From positions 1 through 18,895 of the forward strand of contig JBKBRF010000076.1 of assembly GCA_046292385.1 (NCBI GenBank): a stretch of 18,895 nt of DNA. Reading direction: 5' to 3'. Every line of letters begins with the position of its first letter. Position 1 is the stretch's first letter. Of the stretch, positions 14,724 through 18,895 are shown piece after piece. The notes beneath the pieces were generated by a model that did not search any database, was not told the origin of the DNA, and saw only the letters and a list, made by a program, of their open reading frames with translations. The stretch is from Armatimonadota bacterium. Lineage in GTDB: Bacteria; Armatimonadota; SYMT01. The translations under genes and the position numbers were made by a program.

Positions 14724-15581
14724 ATGGCGACGCGGATCGACGGCAAGGCGCTGGCGGCGGAGATGCAGGCGGAGTTGGCGGAGGAGGCGAAGGCGCTTCG
14801 GAGCGCCGGCGTGGAGCCGACCCTGGCGGTGGTACTGGTAGGAGAAGATCCTGCCTCGCAGATCTACGTGGGGAACAAGCTCCGGACGGCGGAGCGGCTG
14901 GGGATCTCGTCCCGCGACCACATCCTGCCCACCTCCACTTCGCAGGAAGAGCTGATGGCGCTCATCCGCTCCCTGAACGAAGATCCGAAGGTCCACGGAA
15001 TCCTGGTTCAGTCTCCGCTGCCGCCGCACCTGGACGAGCGCGCCGTGCTGAGCGCGCTGGATCCGGCGAAGGACGTCGACGGCCTGACCCCGTACAGCAT
15101 GGGCGCCCTGATGATCGGGGAGGCGCCGCTCGCGCCCTGCACGCCGTCCGGCATCATGGAGATGCTGCGCCGCACCGGAGTCGACCTCACCGGGAAGGAA
15201 GCGGTGGTGGTGGGCCGGAGCGACCTGGTCGGAAAGCCGATTGCGATGCTCCTGCTCCACCAGAACGCCACCGTGACGCTCTGCCACAGCCGCACGCGCG
15301 ACCTGCCCGCCGTCTGCCGCCGCGCCGACGTGCTGGTGGTGGCGGTGGGCCGCGCCCGGATGGTGAACGCGGAATACGTCAAGCCGGGCGCCGTGGTGAT
15401 CGACGTCGGCATCAACCGCGTCGACGGCAAAGTCGTAGGCGACGTCGACTTCGACTCCGTCGAGCCGGTCGCCGCCGCCATCACCCCCGTCCCCGGCGGC
15501 GTCGGACCGATGACGGTCACCATGCTAATGAAGAACACCCTCACCGCAGCTCGCCTCTCCCGAACGCAGAATCAAGTGTAA
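14724..15581 (+). CDS. folD: Bifunctional methylenetetrahydrofolate dehydrogenase/cyclohydrolase, 285 aa
   Basis: Motifs IDGKALA, YVGNK (YxxxK), [33 protein letters not shown] and [11 protein letters not shown]. Confidence 0.98.
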   Translation: MATRIDGKALAAEMQAELAEEAKALRSAGVEPTLAVVLVGEDPASQIYVGNKLRTAERLGISSRDHILPTSTSQEELMALIRSLNEDPKVHGILVQSPLPPHLDERAVLSALDPAKDVDGLTPYSMGALMIGEAPLAPCTPSGIMEMLRRTGVDLTGKEAVVVGRSDLVGKPIAMLLLHQNATVTLCHSRTRDLPAVCRRADVLVVAVGRARMVNAEYVKPGAVVIDVGINRVDGKVVGDVDFDSVEPVAAAITPVPGGVGPMTVTMLMKNTLTAARLSRTQNQV

Positions 15582-15775
15582 GAAAAGGAGATAAGGGGAT
15601 GTGTTGGGGATAGGGGGATGTTTTGAGCAGGTCAACTCTGCGGCGCCGCAATTCTACCCGCGATCAGATATGAGGGCGAATCTGCCATGTGGCCGCTGAC
15701 GCTTCACGACAAGTGAGCCAAAGGCAATTCCATCCCCTTATCCCCAGCTCATCCCCCTATCCCCTTTACTTACAC
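15576..15775. repeat. 200-bp element with 45-bp imperfect terminal inverted repeats built from GGGGAT(A) units (MITE-like)
   Basis: 15576-15620 matches the reverse complement of 15731-15775 at 39/45. It fills the gap between convergent genes. Confidence 0.7.
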
Positions 15776-15782
15776 GTTCGGG

Positions 15783-16274
15783 CTATCCATGTGCGAACTC
15801 GCCGTCTTCTACGATGACGGTGCGGTTCTGCGCGCGGCTGCGGGAGACGTGCTCGCGGAGCTGGCGGTAGAGCTCGTCCGGGGCGTCGATGCCCCGGATC
15901 ACGATCTGCGGGGTGCTGGCGTCCGTGCTGTGGACGATAACGTCCCCGTACCCGGCGAAGCGGCCGTAGAGCGTCTGGCGCATGCTGACGTCGCGGATCC
16001 GGAACAGCTCCAGGTTGTCGATCGACCGGGAGAAGATGCCGCTCTCTACCTCCAGACGCTCCTCGTACAGGCGGTAGCAGTGGCTGGCCCGGGCAAGCTG
16101 CGCGTAGAGCCAGACCCCCGCGATCGGCACGAGGCCGAGCGGCGCGAGCATGCCGAGGCCGGGGATCAGCATCAGCACCACGGCGAGCACCAACCCCACC
16201 ACCGCTGCCGCCAGGTAGTGTCCCAGAAACGCGCGCGGCGAAATCCTGCGCTCCAGCACTGTCTCCGACATCAT
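15783..16274 (-). CDS. Bacterial PH-domain (bPH_2/DUF304-like) membrane protein, about 163 aa
   Basis: Two N-terminal TM helices, then YRLYEERLEVESGIFSRSIDNLELFRIRDVSMRQTLYGR..GYGDV. AGGAG RBS before ATGATG at 16274/16271, so the ORF-track start at 16466 is overextended. Confidence 0.85.
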   Translation of the reverse strand: MMSETVLERRISPRAFLGHYLAAAVVGLVLAVVLMLIPGLGMLAPLGLVPIAGVWLYAQLARASHCYRLYEERLEVESGIFSRSIDNLELFRIRDVSMRQTLYGRFAGYGDVIVHSTDASTPQIVIRGIDAPDELYRQLREHVSRSRAQNRTVIVEDGEFAHG

Positions 16275-16387
16275 CTGCGCTCCTGACCGGATAACCAGGC
16301 GAAAATCCGCTCCGTCTCTATAACGGAATAGTCGGACGGTTGGCTTCGCGGAAAGTTGTGGGCGGCGTGGGCCGCGGAGGGACACGG

Positions 16388-17821
16388 ATGAACCGGATCG
16401 GGAACCTGCTTGTCGTTGTCGGTTTGGCGGCCGGTCTGGTGCCCTGCTCCGTGGTGGCGGCGGCACCGCGCCCCGCCGCGGAGCCGCGCGCGGAAACCCC
16501 CGCCAGGGTCACGGAGCGCGTCGAGGCCTTGCTGCAGAACGTCCTCAAGACGCGGCGGATTCCGGGGGTAGCCGCAGCGGTGATCCAGGGCGGCCGCCCG
16601 GTCTTCGTGAAGGGCTACGGCTACGCCGACGTGGAGCACAAGGTGCCGGTCAGCGAGCTCACGGTGTTCCAGCTCGCGTCGGTCACCAAGCAGTTCACCG
16701 CCGCCGGGGTGATGCTGCTGGTGCAGGACGGCAAGCTCGGGCTCGACGACCCGATCACCCGCCATCTGCCGGACCTCCCGGAGGCGTGGAAAGAGGTCAC
16801 CGTCCGCCACCTCCTCACCCATACCTCCGGCATCACCAGCTACACCAGCCTGCCGCTCGACTTCCGTAAAGATTACTCCCGCACCGAGCTGCTCGGGCTG
16901 GTCCGCGACCTCCCGCTGCAGTGGAAGGCGGGCGAGAGGTGGGCCTACAACAACAGCGGCTATTACCTGCTCGGGATGCTGATCGAGAAGCTCTCCGGCG
17001 TCTCCTACGGCGAGTTCCTGGAGCAGCGGATCTTCGGAAAGCTCGGGTTGAGCACGACGCGGGTGAACGACCTCCGCGCCGTGATCCCGAACCGGGCCGA
17101 GGGCTACACCCTCTCCGGGCGTGAGCTGCGTCGCGGCGAGTACGTCAGCCCCACCCAACCGTACGCCGCCGGTGCGCTCGTCTCCAGCATCCACGACATG
17201 GTCAGGTGGGCCACGACGGTCCGGGCGCGCGAGATCCTGCGCAAGGAGTCGTGGGCCGAGATCTTCCGTCCTTACCGGCTCAACGACGGCAAGCCGACCA
17301 CCTACGGCTTCGGTTGGAGCGTAGACCAGCACCAGGGCCACCCGCGCTACCACCACGGCGGCGGCATCCCGGGGTTCAGCACCAACATTGCCTACTACCC
17401 GGATGACGACCTCGCCGTCATCGTCCTCTGCAACCTCGACGGCGGGCACGCGGGATTCCTGACGAACCAGATCGCGGCCGAGTACGTGACCGACCTCGTT
17501 CCGAAGCCGATCGAAGACCCCGACCCGGCCACCACCGCCCGGCTGCGGAAGATCGTCGAGGGCATCGCCGCCGGTACCGCCGACGAAGCCGAGTTCGCGC
17601 CCGAAACGCGCAAGGCGCTCTTTCCGGACCGCATCCGTGAAGGACAGCGGCACCTGGGCGAGCTGGGCAAGCTGGGAGAATTCCGCCTGGTGGCCCATCA
17701 GAAGACGGACGACCACCGGCAACTCACCTACCGCGCGCTCTTCGGAGACACCCCGATGCGGGTGAGCCTCGCACTCGACGCAGACGGCAAGATCGCTGGG
17801 ATCGGCTTTTCTCCCGAGTAA
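16388..17821 (+). CDS. Secreted serine hydrolase, beta-lactamase/PBP (class C-like) family, 477 aa
   Basis: SxxK (ASVTK), LLTHTSG, YxN (YNN) and HGG motifs; signal-peptide-like N-terminus; GGAGG RBS before ATG 16388. Confidence 0.92.
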   Translation: MNRIGNLLVVVGLAAGLVPCSVVAAAPRPAAEPRAETPARVTERVEALLQNVLKTRRIPGVAAAVIQGGRPVFVKGYGYADVEHKVPVSELTVFQLASVTKQFTAAGVMLLVQDGKLGLDDPITRHLPDLPEAWKEVTVRHLLTHTSGITSYTSLPLDFRKDYSRTELLGLVRDLPLQWKAGERWAYNNSGYYLLGMLIEKLSGVSYGEFLEQRIFGKLGLSTTRVNDLRAVIPNRAEGYTLSGRELRRGEYVSPTQPYAAGALVSSIHDMVRWATTVRAREILRKESWAEIFRPYRLNDGKPTTYGFGWSVDQHQGHPRYHHGGGIPGFSTNIAYYPDDDLAVIVLCNLDGGHAGFLTNQIAAEYVTDLVPKPIEDPDPATTARLRKIVEGIAAGTADEAEFAPETRKALFPDRIREGQRHLGELGKLGEFRLVAHQKTDDHRQLTYRALFGDTPMRVSLALDADGKIAGIGFSPE

Positions 17822-17848
17822 GCCCGAAGCGCCTCGAGGGCTGGGCTG

Positions 17849-18136
17849 CTACGAGCGAGCTACCAGGTCGGGTAGCTCCACCTCCATCTCGTCCTCGTAG
17901 CACCAGCCCCACTCCTCGCCGGGCTCGAACGACTGAATGATCGGGTGTCCCGTCGCGTGGAAGTGTTTCGTCGCGTGCCGGTTGGGTGAGGAATCGCAGC
18001 ACCCGACGTGTCCACACGTGCGGCAGAGGCGGAGATGCACCCATCGCCCGCCGATCCGAAGGCAGTCCTCGCAGCCGCTGCTACTGGGTGTCACGTCCTG
18101 AACCTGGTCCAGATGCGTGCAGGTCTCGCTATCCAT
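17849..18136 (-). CDS. Stand-alone UBP-type zinc finger protein (zf-UBP), 95 aa
   Basis: CTH...CEDC...WVHLRLCRTCGHVGCCDSSPNRHATKHF...HP...WGWCY pattern; AGGAGG RBS. Confidence 0.92.
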   Translation of the reverse strand: MDSETCTHLDQVQDVTPSSSGCEDCLRIGGRWVHLRLCRTCGHVGCCDSSPNRHATKHFHATGHPIIQSFEPGEEWGWCYEDEMEVELPDLVARS

Positions 18137-18776
18137 CCTGGGTCCTCCTGTCAGCCTGGAGCGGTACTACAGGGTACCGCGCGCGCCAGGCGTCTAACCC
18201 ACCGGATAGGGCGCTGGCGGTGAAGCCCAGCTTCTGAAGCTGACGTGCCGCACGGGCACTGCTGCCTTCGCGCGGTCACGTACAGTAAGCGACTACCTCC
18301 CGCTCCCGCGGCTGTGCGGCCGCCCACCGCGTGAGCTCGTCCGGGTAGACGTGGATACTGCCGGGGATCCGGTCTCCGTAGTATCCCGACCGGCTCCGGA
18401 CGTCGAGCACCACCGGCGGCGGAGTTGGTCCTGCCATCCGCGCGTACAGCTCCTCGGCGCTGATCCGCCGAGCTCCACCAGAGTCCGGTTGGAACAGGCC
18501 CGCCGGCGTGCTCTCCCGCTCTTCCGGGAGCGTCGCGCGGCTGGCACGTTCCGCATACCAGCTCGAGAGCGGCGTGGCGCTTACGCCGTGCAGCACGATA
18601 GAGACGATCACGACCCCGCCGGTAATCGCCATCAGTCGCTCGGCGTCTGCGACGTGCGCGTGGACCGCGAGCAGCACCAGAAGGAGCGAGTTCAATCCGC
18701 GAGGCCCGAACCACCCGATGAAGACCCGGGCGTCGCGGCTTAGTGCGGCCCGCCGAAGCACCAGTGAGATCACCAG
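18129..18776 (-). pseudogene. 3' part of a CPA1/NhaP-type cation:proton antiporter fused to a rhodanese domain with in-frame TGA (probable selenocysteine, YCTUPRE); 5' part missing, probably interrupted by an IS
   Basis: FIGWFGPRGLNSLLL and VSIVLHGVSA are CPA1 C-terminal helices. The rhodanese (VVLDVRS...IPGSIHV...VVAYCT) continues past the TGA at 18276-18278 as PREGSSARAARQLQKLGFTASALSGGLDAW..YPV to TAG at 18129-18131. Confidence 0.8.
18230..18275 (-). promoter_or_regulatory. Candidate bacterial SECIS element
   Basis: Hairpin GUGCC-CGUGC-GGCAC (18245-18259). The apical loop begins 21 nt after the UGA with G at loop position 2; a lower GAAG/CUUC pairing is possible. Confidence 0.6.
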
Positions 18777-18895
18777 CCCAAGTTCCGCAGTTGGTGGTGG
18801 CAGATTACTGCCACCACCTTTTTTCGTGCCTGACTGGCGGTTGCGCTACGAGGTCTCCACCGAGTTACAGGCATGGCTGCCGCCGCATTGCCCGT
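18777..18895. mobile_element. Probable end of an insertion sequence (terminus CCCAAGTTCCGCAG, recalled as IS1634-family-like), truncated by the window edge
   Basis: Antiporter-like sequence stops abruptly here and a strong terminator lies immediately inside. An open frame from ATG 18873 runs off the edge. No transposase or second IR is visible. Confidence 0.45.
18793..18824 (+). terminator. Intrinsic terminator
   Basis: Perfect 11-bp stem GGTGGTGGCAG/CTGCCACCACC with loop ATTA, followed by TTTTTT. Confidence 0.8.

Noticed and set aside
16388..17821. Calling the serine hydrolase an AmpC antibiotic-resistance gene
   Set aside because: It has HGG rather than KTG and a C-terminal extension, typical of the broad esterase/peptidase branch. 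Resistance cannot be inferred.
18276..18278. TGA read-through explained by an alternative genetic code (UGA = Trp/Gly)
   Set aside because: Other genes in the window (947-aa kinase, cheB, DUF1361) end properly at TGA, Trp is encoded by TGG, and the position corresponds to a Cys.

Overview
High-GC bacterial chromosomal window; the lineage cannot be assigned from this sequence alone. The left 10.7 kb (minus strand) is a cytoplasmic signalling cluster: a 1943-aa poly-HAMP/GAF hybrid histidine kinase (OsaA/fungal group III-like), a CheR methyltransferase, a receiver-less CheB methylesterase and a second REC-GAF-GAF hybrid kinase. No chemoreceptor, CheA or CheW is present in the window, and SigB/SigF-like promoter motifs recur through the cluster. 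The middle holds nadA (candidate Rex box, structured leader), metF (promoter overlapped by an 18-bp palindrome), a DUF1361 membrane protein and folD (long structured leader). The right holds a bPH-domain membrane protein, a secreted serine hydrolase of the beta-lactamase fold, a zf-UBP protein and the 3' part of a cation/proton antiporter-rhodanese fusion. Top observation: the TGA that appears to end the rhodanese (YCT*) is in frame with 48 more rhodanese residues and is followed by a SECIS-like hairpin, pointing to a selenocysteine (CxU) antiporter-rhodanese fusion coupled to zf-UBP. Its 5' part appears cut off by a probable IS end at the right edge.
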